The position numbers and the translations under genes are program-made. DNA of 32,000 bases from Halogeometricum borinquense DSM 11551 (GTDB lineage: Archaea > Halobacteriota > Halobacteria > Halobacteriales > Haloferacaceae): positions 360,001-392,000 of the forward strand of contig NC_014729.1 in NCBI RefSeq assembly GCF_000172995.2, given 5' to 3'. The notes under the pieces were generated by a model. That model saw only the letters and a list, made by a program, of their open reading frames with translations. It ran no database searches and was not told where the DNA came from. Position 1 is the stretch's first letter. Each line of letters begins with the position of its first letter. Below, piece after piece: positions 9,556 through 18,401 of this stretch.

Positions 9556-11289
9556 ATGGGTGAAACTATGTCCCGTGATATTGATAGACGTGCATTTTTA
9601 AAAGCGGCCGGTGGTGCCGCGGCCGCAGCGACGCTTGCTGGCTGTGCGGCGGACCCTGATGAATCTGGCACTGGTACGGAAGACGCCACGGATACCCAAA
9701 CGAACGGTGGCGAAACTGACGAAGAAACAACCGAAACCGACGGGGAGGACACCACGACGCTGACGTTCGCCCGTGGGAACACCTCGGGGACGCTCGACCC
9801 GCAGAACTCCACCAGCGGGGAAGACGTGAAGGTCACGAACCAGGTGTACGATCAGCTCATCATGTTCGAGCCGGGGAAGACCTCCCTGCGCGAAGGGCTG
9901 GCGACGGACTGGAGCCTCGAAGGGACGACGGTCACGCTCACCCTCCGCGAGGACGTGACGTTCCACAACGGCGAGGAGTTCACGGCCGACGACGTTGTCG
10001 CCACGTTCAACCGCTTTACGAACCCCGACTACGAACACTACCCGGGCGACAAGTATATCTCGGCGTACGGCCCGTTCACGCTCGGTAATTGGGTCAAGAG
10101 CGTGTCGAAAGACGGCGACTACGCGCTCACGATTCAGCTTAACCAGAAGTACGCGCCGTTCCTCCGCAACCTGGCGATGTTCGCCTCCTCTATCCTCTCG
10201 GAGAAGGCCATCAAGGAACTCGGTCAGGATCTGAGCAAGAAACCAGTCGGAACCGGCCCGTTCAAGTTCGAGAACTGGGATACGTCCAACCAGCAGATCC
10301 GTCTCTCGGCCAACACCGACTACTGGGGTGAAGTGCCGAAGGTTGACGAAGTCGTCTTCACTTCCGTCGGTAGTAACACGACGCGCGCGCAGACGCTCGA
10401 CAGTGGTGGTGCGGACATTATCGACGGTCTCGGCGCGCAGGCCTCGAAGATTGTCGAGAACTCCTCGAATGCCAAACTCGTCAGTAAGGCCGGTATCAAC
10501 GTCGGCTATATGGCGTTCAACATGGCTAAAGTCGAGGCGTTCCGGAACAAGAAGGTCCGGCAGGCTATCAGCTACGCGATCAACACGGAAGCACTCGTCA
10601 ACAACATCTTCAAAGGCATCGCAGAACAGGCGAGTCAGCCGATTCCGAGCAACGTGTTCGGCTACAACGATGATCTGAGTCCGTACCCACAGGACCTTGA
10701 GAAGGCGGAGTCGCTCCTCGAAGAGGCCGGCTACGGTGACGGCTTTAGCTTCGAACTGGCGACGTTCAAGAACCCGCGGACGTACAATCCCTCGCCGCTG
10801 TCGGCGGCGCAGTTGGTCAAATCCAACCTTGCGGAACTCGGTATCGAGGTTTCCATCAACCAGCAGTCGTTCAACCCGTTCCTCGACTACACCAACTCCG
10901 GAAAGCACGACGCGTGTTTCCTCGGATGGATGACTGACAACGCCGACCCGGACAACTTCTTCTACGCGCTCCTGCACCCGCAGGTAGAAGACAGCGAGTT
11001 TACGGAAGGCGAGGACTGGGTCTCCTTCGATTCCAAGGGCTACAACACCCTCAACGCCGCCGGGTGGGCCAACCGCGACTACATGCAGTTGGTCGAAGAC
11101 GCACAGACGACGTACGACAAGGAGACGCGCGCCGAGAAATACAAACAGGCCGCGAAAGTCGCACACGAGGAGGCACCGTGGGTCTTCCTTGACCACGCGA
11201 AGGAACTCCGCGGCGTGTCGAACAAGGTCTCCGGGTTCGTTCTCGCGCCGATCAGCGGACCGTTCCTCAACCTCGTCAGCCTCGACTAA
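9556..11289 (+). CDS. ABC transporter substrate-binding protein (family 5, peptide/nickel type), Tat-exported lipoprotein
   Basis: Twin-arginine signal DRRAFLKAAGGAAAAATLAGC with a lipobox Cys, followed by a Thr/Asp/Glu-rich linker. The body is typical of DppA/OppA-like SBPs (FHNGEEFTADDV..., PVGTGPFKF, DNADPDNFFY). Confidence 0.95.
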   Translation: MGETMSRDIDRRAFLKAAGGAAAAATLAGCAADPDESGTGTEDATDTQTNGGETDEETTETDGEDTTTLTFARGNTSGTLDPQNSTSGEDVKVTNQVYDQLIMFEPGKTSLREGLATDWSLEGTTVTLTLREDVTFHNGEEFTADDVVATFNRFTNPDYEHYPGDKYISAYGPFTLGNWVKSVSKDGDYALTIQLNQKYAPFLRNLAMFASSILSEKAIKELGQDLSKKPVGTGPFKFENWDTSNQQIRLSANTDYWGEVPKVDEVVFTSVGSNTTRAQTLDSGGADIIDGLGAQASKIVENSSNAKLVSKAGINVGYMAFNMAKVEAFRNKKVRQAISYAINTEALVNNIFKGIAEQASQPIPSNVFGYNDDLSPYPQDLEKAESLLEEAGYGDGFSFELATFKNPRTYNPSPLSAAQLVKSNLAELGIEVSINQQSFNPFLDYTNSGKHDACFLGWMTDNADPDNFFYALLHPQVEDSEFTEGEDWVSFDSKGYNTLNAAGWANRDYMQLVEDAQTTYDKETRAEKYKQAAKVAHEEAPWVFLDHAKELRGVSNKVSGFVLAPISGPFLNLVSLD

Positions 11290-11312
11290 CGCCTCAATAG
11301 TTACTCTTTCAC

Positions 11313-12338
11313 ATGGTTTCGAAGCGTTTCATTCTCAAGCGACTCTTGCTCCTCGTCCCGGTGTTGTTCGGGGTGGCGACACTCGTGTTCGCTATTCTCC
11401 ATCTGAGCCCCGGTGACCCGGCGCGAGTCATCGCAGGCCAACGGGCGACGGAGGCACAAGTAGCCGCCGTTCGTTCCGACCTCGGCCTCGACGACCCGCT
11501 GTGGATGCAGTACGGTCGCTTCCTTGTCGATATCGTGACGCTCAACCTCGGCGAGTCGTACATCATTCAGCGCGGTACGTCCATCCTGACCATCCTTCGT
11601 GCCCGTCTTCCGGTCACGCTGGAACTCGCTATCTACGGGCAACTCATCGGCGTTCTGCTCGGCATCCCGTTCGGGATCATCAGCGCGGTGAAACAGGACA
11701 CCATCACCGACCACCTCACCCGTGTCGGTGCGCTGACTGGAATTAGCATGCCAATCTACTGGACTGGGCCGCTCGTCATCCTGCTGTTCGCCCAATTCCT
11801 CAACGTGCTGCCGGCGTCGAACCGCATCGCCTCGCAGTTCGACCCGCCGGTGTACACCGGACTCATCACGTTCGATACGTTCATCTTCGGTATCCAATCG
11901 GGTGATTTCGCCGCGTTCATCTCGGCGGCGTCGCACATGCTGTTGCCCGCCGCCGTCATCGGCATCTACGGCATGGCGCTCATCTCTCGGATGATGCGCT
12001 CGTCGATGCTTGAGGTCATCCGGCAGGACTACATGCGGACTGCCCGCGCGAAGGGCCAAGGTGCGAAGATAACCGTGATGAAACACGGTCTTCAGAACGC
12101 GCTCATTCCCGTTATCACCGTCATCGGCATCCAGTTCGGGACGCTCCTCGGCGGGGCTGTCCTTACGGAGACAGTGTTCGGTATCGGCGGCATCGGGACG
12201 ATGCTCGTGAAGGCTATCGAAGTCGGGGACTACCCCGTCGTCCAAGGAACCGTGCTGGTCTTCGCCTTCCTGTTCACGCTCGTGAACCTCGGCGTTGACC
12301 TGACCTACTCGTACCTCGACCCGCGCATCGATCAATAA
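11313..12338 (+). CDS. ABC transporter permease (DppB/OppB-like)
   Basis: MVSKRFILKRLLLLVPVLFGVATLVFAILHLSPGDPA... is the typical N-terminus. The EAA-like loop is MLEVIRQDYMRTARAKG. Confidence 0.95.
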   Translation: MVSKRFILKRLLLLVPVLFGVATLVFAILHLSPGDPARVIAGQRATEAQVAAVRSDLGLDDPLWMQYGRFLVDIVTLNLGESYIIQRGTSILTILRARLPVTLELAIYGQLIGVLLGIPFGIISAVKQDTITDHLTRVGALTGISMPIYWTGPLVILLFAQFLNVLPASNRIASQFDPPVYTGLITFDTFIFGIQSGDFAAFISAASHMLLPAAVIGIYGMALISRMMRSSMLEVIRQDYMRTARAKGQGAKITVMKHGLQNALIPVITVIGIQFGTLLGGAVLTETVFGIGGIGTMLVKAIEVGDYPVVQGTVLVFAFLFTLVNLGVDLTYSYLDPRIDQ

Positions 12339-12339
12339 C

Positions 12340-13281
12340 ATGAGTACACCCACACAGACGGAGACGGGGAGAAACCGCCGCGGCTTGCTCAGCCGTCTGC
12401 GCGCCTCTCCGTTCCTTTCGGACCTCCTGTCGAACCGCCTCGCCCTCGCGGGAATCGTCCTCATCCTCGTGATGGTGGTTATCGCACTCTACGCCCGTCT
12501 CGGCGCGTTCCTCGGCTTTGCGCCGAGTTATGCGGAACTCACGTCGTCGCAGTTCGGAGCTAATCCGAGTCTTGCGGCACCGAGCGCCGCTCACCCCTTC
12601 GGGACAGACATTCAGTCCCGCGACATCTTCAACCGCGTTCTCTACGGGTCGTGGTTGGCACTGAAGTTCGGGACTGTCACTGTCGGTATCTCGACCGCTG
12701 CGGGCGTCTCCCTGGGAATCATCGCCGCCTACTACGGCGATATCACCGACAACATCATCATGCGCTCGATGGACGTGTTGCTCGCGTTCCCGTCGCTGCT
12801 GCTCGCACTCGCGCTTGTCGCCATCTTCCCGAACGAACTCGGCCTGTGGCGTGCAGTAACGGCGTTGACGCTCGTCTACACACCGCGCTTCGCCCGCGTC
12901 GTCCGCGGTGCCGCGTTGAAGGTGCTCGAGGACGAGTACGTGGACGCGACCATCGCGCTCGGTGCGACTGACCCGCGCGTTCTCGCGCGCCACGTCATGC
13001 CGAACTGCCTTGCGCCGATCACGGTGCAGAGTACGCTCAACTTCGGACTCGCTATCATCGACCTCGCGGCGCTCTCATTCCTCGGCTTCGGTGCCGAACC
13101 GGGATCACCGTCGTGGGGGCTGATGCTGTCGAACGGCGTCGAGAAGGGCCTTCTGACGGGCGACTGGTGGTGGTCGTTCTTCCCCGGTCTGTTCCTCGCC
13201 GTGACCGTCCTCGGGTTCAATCTGCTCGGTGACGGCATGCGCGACGCACTCGACCCGCGAATGCGGGAAGCGGTGGACTAA
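12340..13281 (+). CDS. ABC transporter permease (DppC/OppC-like)
   Basis: HPFGTDIQSRDIFNRVLYGS..., ITDNIIMRSMDVLLAFPSLLLALALV and YVDATIALGA are typical of the family. The ATG lies 1 nt after the preceding stop. Confidence 0.95.
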   Translation: MSTPTQTETGRNRRGLLSRLRASPFLSDLLSNRLALAGIVLILVMVVIALYARLGAFLGFAPSYAELTSSQFGANPSLAAPSAAHPFGTDIQSRDIFNRVLYGSWLALKFGTVTVGISTAAGVSLGIIAAYYGDITDNIIMRSMDVLLAFPSLLLALALVAIFPNELGLWRAVTALTLVYTPRFARVVRGAALKVLEDEYVDATIALGATDPRVLARHVMPNCLAPITVQSTLNFGLAIIDLAALSFLGFGAEPGSPSWGLMLSNGVEKGLLTGDWWWSFFPGLFLAVTVLGFNLLGDGMRDALDPRMREAVD

Positions 13282-13298
13282 CTCTTCTCCCTCCTTCG

Positions 13299-13682
13299 AT
13301 GTCCCGCCTCGACGACACGCCCCGTGACGCCCCGACACGAGCGTCGCCGACGCTCTCACGTCGTGTGACTGTGGTCGGTGGCGCATTTCTCGTCGGTGTT
13401 GCGGGCGGTGGTGTCGCTCTGGCGGTCGCTACCTACCATTTTTCCAGTCTTCCCGACGGCGCGGACGCGGTGTTCCTTCTCGGCATCCTCGCCCTCGGGT
13501 TCGGTGTCCTCGGCTGGTCCGGATCCGTCCTCGCCGGGCGTGGATTCGAGGAGATGCAACGGCATCTCGACACCGGAGCAGAGTGGACCGAGATGGATTC
13601 CCGGCGTGCGATGGCCCGCATCGGCGGGTTCGGTGCGGGCGTGATGCTCGCGGCAATGACGCTCGGGTCGCTCTTGGCCTGA
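13299..13682 (+). CDS. small membrane protein (127 aa, about 3 predicted TM segments), hypothetical
   Basis: Hydrophobic stretches VTVVGGAFLVGVAGGGVALAVA, AVFLLGILALGFGVLGW and IGGFGAGVMLAAMTLGSLL. Same strand as the ABC operon and directly downstream of it. Confidence 0.5.
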   Translation: MSRLDDTPRDAPTRASPTLSRRVTVVGGAFLVGVAGGGVALAVATYHFSSLPDGADAVFLLGILALGFGVLGWSGSVLAGRGFEEMQRHLDTGAEWTEMDSRRAMARIGGFGAGVMLAAMTLGSLLA

Positions 13683-13730
13683 CGTTCACGTACGAAGACG
13701 GGACCACTCCCGTCGTGACCTGAGCATCGC

Positions 13731-13768
13731 CCCGGGTCGGATCGCGGTAGTCCGGCACCCGACTCGGG
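13731..13768 (+). repeat. left-end hairpin (10-bp stem including one G-U, 18-nt loop)
   Basis: cccgggtcgg (13731-13740) pairs with ccgactcggg (13759-13768). The 3' arm contains the CTCGGG motif that is also present at the right end. Confidence 0.5.
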
Positions 13769-13813
13769 ATAGCGACGACGCCGGCTGTCAGCTTATAAAG
13801 AGCAAGGAGAATA

Positions 13814-13833
13814 CCCGCGCCTTTAGGCGCGGG
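13814..13833 (+). repeat. perfect 8-bp GC hairpin with TTTA tetraloop upstream of tnpB
   Basis: cccgcgcc-ttta-ggcgcggg, read directly from the sequence. Confidence 0.6.
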
Positions 13834-13946
13834 ATGAATCCGACACTCTGACCGCCAATCCACCGACTACACTCCAACCGGATATTCAACGTCCGGTCGT
13901 TAGTTTTAATGGCCGTTTTCACATAACATATTATGAAGACAGTTCG

Positions 13947-15203
13947 ATGCTGGAAACCACCCGCACCTACGTCGCACGCATTACGAACCACGAACAGGTT
14001 CGTGACGACCTCGACCAGTGCGGGTTCTCCGCATCCAAACTGTGGAACGTCGGTCGCTACTACATCCAACAACGGTGGGACGAAGACGACGAGATACCCG
14101 ACGAAGCCGAACTCAAATCGGAGTTGAAAGACCACAAACGCTACAGTGACCTTCATTCTCAGTCAAGTCAGCGAGTTCTCGAAGAGCTTGCTGAGGCGTT
14201 CACTGGTTGGTACAACTCTGACGACGGCAACAACCCACCGGGCTACCGGAAATGTGGCGACGACCACCCGCGCTCCACCGTCACGTGGAAGAAACGGGCC
14301 ATCAAGCACGACGACAAGCACGGTCAACTCCGTCTCTCGAAAGGGTTTAACCTGAAAGAGAGTCGGTCTGACTTCATCCTCGCGAAGTACGAAACTCGCC
14401 CCGACGTAGAAGTCGAGAACATCCAGCAGGTGCGTGCCGTCTGGAACGGCGACGAGTGGGAACTCCACCTCGTCTGCAAGACGGAGATTCCAGTCGAAGA
14501 CGCACCCGGAAACAACACGGCGGGTATCGACCTCGGTATCAGCAACTACCTCGCCATCGACTACGAAGACGGCCCCTCGGAGTTGTATCCGGGGAACGTG
14601 CTGAAAGAGGACAAGCACTACTTCACCCGCGAAGAGTACCAGACCGAAGGCGAGAACGGGCCGTCGAAACGTGCGCGGAAGGCTCGACAGAAACTCTCCC
14701 GACGCAAAGACCACTTCCTCCACACCCTGTCGAAACACATCGTTGAGCGGTGTGTGGAAGAAGGCGTGGAGAAGATAGCGGTTGGCGACCTTAGTGACAT
14801 CCGCGAGAATGAAAACGGTGACTCGCGGAACTGGGGTGCGTCGGAAAACAAGAAGTTGCACGGCTGGGAGTTCGACCGATTCGCCCGTCTCCTTGAATAC
14901 AAGGCCGAGGAACACGGCATCCTCGTGGACCGTGTGGACGAGGAGAACACGAGCAAGACGTGTTCGTGTTGCGGGAAGATTCGGGACAGCAACCGCGTGG
15001 AGCGAGGGCTGTACGTCTGTTCGTCGTGCGAGACGACGATGAACGCAGACGTGAACGGTGCGGTGAATATCCGACGAAAGATAACTCAGAGTCCCCCGAC
15101 AGGGGATATGAGTAACGGCTGGTTGGCACAGCCCGGAGTCTTCCTGTTCGACCGCGAGAGCGGACGGTTCACACCGAGAGAACAAGGAGTCTGCAAACCG
15201 TAA
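13947..15203 (+). CDS. tnpB: RNA-guided endonuclease TnpB (IS1341-type transposase accessory protein)
   Basis: RuvC-I TAGIDLG (D195), RuvC-II VDEENTSKTC (E332/E333), zinc finger CSCCG...CSSC, and RuvC-III NADVNGAVNI (D368). 418 aa with a C-terminal tail ending ...REQGVCKP. Confidence 0.95.
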   Translation: MLETTRTYVARITNHEQVRDDLDQCGFSASKLWNVGRYYIQQRWDEDDEIPDEAELKSELKDHKRYSDLHSQSSQRVLEELAEAFTGWYNSDDGNNPPGYRKCGDDHPRSTVTWKKRAIKHDDKHGQLRLSKGFNLKESRSDFILAKYETRPDVEVENIQQVRAVWNGDEWELHLVCKTEIPVEDAPGNNTAGIDLGISNYLAIDYEDGPSELYPGNVLKEDKHYFTREEYQTEGENGPSKRARKARQKLSRRKDHFLHTLSKHIVERCVEEGVEKIAVGDLSDIRENENGDSRNWGASENKKLHGWEFDRFARLLEYKAEEHGILVDRVDEENTSKTCSCCGKIRDSNRVERGLYVCSSCETTMNADVNGAVNIRRKITQSPPTGDMSNGWLAQPGVFLFDRESGRFTPREQGVCKP

Positions 15204-15220
15204 TATCCCAACGCTCGGGA

Positions 15221-15244
15221 TTCCTCCGGCTTCAGTCGGAGGAG
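15221..15244 (+). repeat. right-end hairpin (10-bp stem with two G-U, TTCA tetraloop)
   Basis: ttcctccggc-ttca-gtcggaggag. It lies 18 nt after the tnpB stop and 5 nt from the pyrC stop codon on the opposite strand. Confidence 0.6.
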
Positions 15245-15248
15245 GATG

Positions 15249-16547
15249 TCAATTGCGGACGTTCTCGCCCACCGCGTCTCCGAACTTGCCGTCCTCGTAG
15301 ACGACGTGTCCGCGGACTAGCGTCATCTCAGGGAACACGCCGCGCATGCCCTCGAACGGCGTCCATCCGCACCGTGAGTGAAGGTCTGCGCCGTGAATCT
15401 CTTGGGACTCCTCGGGGTCGAACACCACGAGGTCGGCGTCAGAACCGACTTCGACGCGGCCCTTCTGCGGCAGATCGAAAATCTCGGCGGCGTTCGCGGC
15501 GGTCACATCGCGGACGCGTTCGTACGAGATGGTTCCTTTCCGCGCTTCTTCCAGAAGGAGCGGAAGCATCGTCTCGACGCCGGGAACGCCACTCGGCGCA
15601 TCCCACAGGTCGGCGTCTTTCTCGGCGCGGGTGTGCGGCGCGTGGTCCGTCGCAACGATGTCTATCTCGCCGGAGACGACTCTCTCCCACATTCCTTCGC
15701 GGCGGTCCTCACTGCGCAGCGGCGGATTCATCCGGCCGTACGTTCCCAGTTCGGTGGCGTCTGCACGTGAGAGAAACAGGTGGTGTGGCGTCACCTCACA
15801 GGTCGCTCCGCCCGCCTTTGCGGCATCAACGCCTTCGGGCGTACTCGTGTGGGCGATGTGAATATCGGCCTCGGAGTCCGAACCGACCGATACGGCGCGT
15901 TCAACGGCCGCCTCCTCTGCTTCTGCGGCGCGGTACTGGCTCCACACGTCGGCGTCAGCGGCCTCGCCGGTGCCGCCCGTATCTCGTTTCTGTGCCGACT
16001 CGTCGAACAGGTCGGCATCTTCGGCGTGGACGGTGACGGTCACATCGGCGTCGGCGGCGCGCTCGACGGCGTCAGCGAACAGGTCGGCGTCGATACCCAT
16101 GTCACCCGTCGAATCCGCGAGGAACACCTCTCCGAGAGCGAACAGCGGGCGGTCAAACAGCGAGTCGGGGTCCCAGTCGGCTGTGACGCCGCCGCTGATA
16201 CCGAAATCGATGAGTGACGCCGCGGCGAGACCTGCTTTCTCGTCGAACGCCGATCCGGTTGTCGTCGGCGGTTGTGTGTTCGGTTGGTCGGCGACGACGG
16301 TGACGCCGCCCGCGGCGGCACTCTGTGATCCGGTTTCCCACGTCTCCTTGTGCGAGAAGCCGGGTTCGCGGAAGTGGACGTGCGCGTCTATCGCGCCCGG
16401 GAACAGCATCTTCCCCGTCGCGTTTACTACGCGTTCGTCCTCGCGCGGGTCCAGTGACTCTTCGATAGCGGTGATCGTCTCCCCTTCGACTCGAACGTCG
16501 CGGACGCGGCCGTCGGCCAACGTCGCCCCGGTGATGAGCAGTGACAT
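15249..16547 (-). CDS. pyrC: dihydroorotase (cyclic amidohydrolase superfamily)
   Basis: MSLLITGATLADGRV..., metal-binding AIDAHVHFREPG, KETWETGSQSAAAGGVTVVADQPNT, and VATDHAPH. ATG at 16547 is preferred over the upstream start at 16592. Confidence 0.85.
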   Translation of the reverse strand: MSLLITGATLADGRVRDVRVEGETITAIEESLDPREDERVVNATGKMLFPGAIDAHVHFREPGFSHKETWETGSQSAAAGGVTVVADQPNTQPPTTTGSAFDEKAGLAAASLIDFGISGGVTADWDPDSLFDRPLFALGEVFLADSTGDMGIDADLFADAVERAADADVTVTVHAEDADLFDESAQKRDTGGTGEAADADVWSQYRAAEAEEAAVERAVSVGSDSEADIHIAHTSTPEGVDAAKAGGATCEVTPHHLFLSRADATELGTYGRMNPPLRSEDRREGMWERVVSGEIDIVATDHAPHTRAEKDADLWDAPSGVPGVETMLPLLLEEARKGTISYERVRDVTAANAAEIFDLPQKGRVEVGSDADLVVFDPEESQEIHGADLHSRCGWTPFEGMRGVFPEMTLVRGHVVYEDGKFGDAVGENVRN

Positions 16548-16614
16548 ATCCGTCCGTTCCACGCGGAGCGGGTAAGCCCCGCGGTTTTTCACCCGGCCGT
16601 TCGCTGCGGTCGTC

Positions 16615-17334
16615 TCAGTCGTCCACTCGTTCCCGAGCGTCGGTCACTCGCCGTTCCGCGTCGCCGACGAAGGCGTCTTCGAGCGCCCGGATGACGCGTT
16701 CTGCGTCTCCCGGGCCGCCGCTTCGAGCGACGCTCCCGACCGAACCAGGGTCGAACGGCACGTCGAGCGCCTCGTAGACGGGTTCGAGAACAGCGGCTAT
16801 CGCGTCGTGATCAGCGACGACGACGACCCCCGAGACGAGAGCCACGTCTCGGCGGACACGTTGGGCGATGCCGCAAATCTTCCCGTGGGCTTGGACGGAG
16901 TGGTCCCCCGGACAGAACGAATTGGCGGGCTCGCCGCGTCTTGCGGGGACGCCGAGCGAACGGAGGGCGCGAATGACGGCCGTGGTCGCTGTCTCATATC
17001 GCTCGTCGAGACCGGTCCGGTCGTTCTCGATTGGGACGGCGGAGGCAAACGCCACCGTTCGACCGGTGTAGGCGACGGCGCGTCCGCCGACGCTCCGTTT
17101 GACGACCGGGAACCCCCGCGATTCGGCCGCCTCGCACGCCCTCTCGTACCCTTCGGCGTGCGCGTCGCGTCGCCCGAACGCCATCTGCCGGTGTGGCGTC
17201 CACGCTCGGAACGCTGGATTGCCCGTCTCGGCGACGTACTCGCTCATCTCCGTCGTCACAGTCTGGTCGCTGTCTCGGGTCGCCACGCGTCCCCGGACGA
17301 CTCGGACTGCTCTGTCCCCACGCTCGTCGGCCAT
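16615..17334 (-). CDS. lipoate-protein ligase family protein (BPL/LplA/LipB domain)
   Basis: The pattern VWTPHRQMAFGRRDA...VKRSVGGRAVAYTG...FCPGDHSVQAHGKICGIAQRVRRDVALVSGVVVV matches my recollection of haloarchaeal lipoate-ligase-family proteins. Not verified by search. Confidence 0.7.
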   Translation of the reverse strand: MADERGDRAVRVVRGRVATRDSDQTVTTEMSEYVAETGNPAFRAWTPHRQMAFGRRDAHAEGYERACEAAESRGFPVVKRSVGGRAVAYTGRTVAFASAVPIENDRTGLDERYETATTAVIRALRSLGVPARRGEPANSFCPGDHSVQAHGKICGIAQRVRRDVALVSGVVVVADHDAIAAVLEPVYEALDVPFDPGSVGSVARSGGPGDAERVIRALEDAFVGDAERRVTDARERVDD

Positions 17335-17387
17335 GCCATCGGACAGGTCCCGACGCGCCTAAGCCCTCTCGGTCCTCTCCTCTCGGC

Positions 17388-18308
17388 ATGGACGGCCACG
17401 ACTCGCGCGTCAAATCCACGACGCCTGCTTCTCCTGCCGACGCGGACGAGTTGGTGACGCTCTCGGCGTCGGTTCTCCGGCGTTACCAACGGTTTTCCCT
17501 CTATAACTCTCCGTATTCGGCTCACGACCACGGTCACGCTATCGACCTCTACCCGGCGACGAACGAGGGTCTCTCACCGGTTTCGGGCGAAGTACTGGAA
17601 ACGCGAACCGTTCGTGCGCCGCCGAAACCGTACGCCCACGAGGACGAGTACTTGATTCTCGTGGACGCAGGCGAGTACGTCGCCCGAATTCTCCACGTCG
17701 AACCCGCCGTCGAAGCCGGAGAGCGAGTCGAAGTCGGGGATTCGCTCGGTCCGATGGTTCGCTCGGGCTTTTTCGCGCCGTGGGTCGCAAACCACGTCCA
17801 TGTCGGCTTCCGACGGCATGATCAGAACCTCCAGCGAGCCACCGGTTCGCTTCCGCTCGTTGCCGATGTGCCGGTCGAACCGCTTGCGTGGGATGGCACC
17901 GGAACCATCGTTGAGACGGGAGACACGTACGCCCGCCTCGACAGCCCCACCCACCCCGCGCCGGGCGAGTCGTTCGCGGGTATTGCTACCGACGGGGGAT
18001 ACGTTCTCGACGGCGGATTCGGCCACTACACTGGCGGTGGAGCCATCACCGCTGGGCCAGACGGTGCGGGGGCGTCGGGGACAGTATCGCTTCTCGGTCA
18101 TCCAGTCGGCGATGTGAGGCAGCGAGACGTGGCGTGGCGCGACGTGGACGTGATGGCGAACGGGGAGCGAATCACTGGCATTTCGCTGTTCGCCGCACGC
18201 GACTCCGGGTTCGGTGCGAAACTCGTCTGCCCCGGTCACGAGTTCGCCGTCGGCGACGAGATTCGCGTCGAGATATCTGACAGCGACGACCCGGTTCGGT
18301 TGGGCTGA
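17388..18308 (+). CDS. hypothetical protein with an M23/LytM-like (duplicated hybrid motif) N-terminal domain
   Basis: ATG at 17388 lies in frame within ORF 17193..18308. Motifs SAHDHGHAIDLYP ... ARILHVEPAVEAGERVEVGDSLG ... ANHVHVGF. No signal peptide. The antisense ORF 17574..18590 is Arg-rich and was rejected. Confidence 0.65.
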   Translation: MDGHDSRVKSTTPASPADADELVTLSASVLRRYQRFSLYNSPYSAHDHGHAIDLYPATNEGLSPVSGEVLETRTVRAPPKPYAHEDEYLILVDAGEYVARILHVEPAVEAGERVEVGDSLGPMVRSGFFAPWVANHVHVGFRRHDQNLQRATGSLPLVADVPVEPLAWDGTGTIVETGDTYARLDSPTHPAPGESFAGIATDGGYVLDGGFGHYTGGGAITAGPDGAGASGTVSLLGHPVGDVRQRDVAWRDVDVMANGERITGISLFAARDSGFGAKLVCPGHEFAVGDEIRVEISDSDDPVRLG

Positions 18309-18401
18309 GTGGTCTTCCGTTCGACCGGTATCTCGAACGCAGCGGACAACTTTAAACGCATCACCGGTGGTTACATACGGTTCGCCGTCGCCTACGGGAA
18401 C

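Larger units (their letters stand above)
13731..15246 (+). mobile_element. IS200/IS605-family, IS1341-type element carrying only tnpB (no tnpA); boundaries approximate
   Basis: An intact tnpB is flanked by structured ends. The motifs CTCGGGAT and CCGGCT..TCAG occur in the same order at 13763-13792 and 15214-15237. Strong hairpins lie at 13731-13768, 13814-13833 and 15221-15244. The element fills the gap between two convergent core genes. Confidence 0.6.

Noticed and set aside
14163-15185. 340-aa ORF antisense to tnpB
   Set aside because: Arg/Val-rich shadow frame. The plus strand encodes a complete TnpB with all catalytic motifs.
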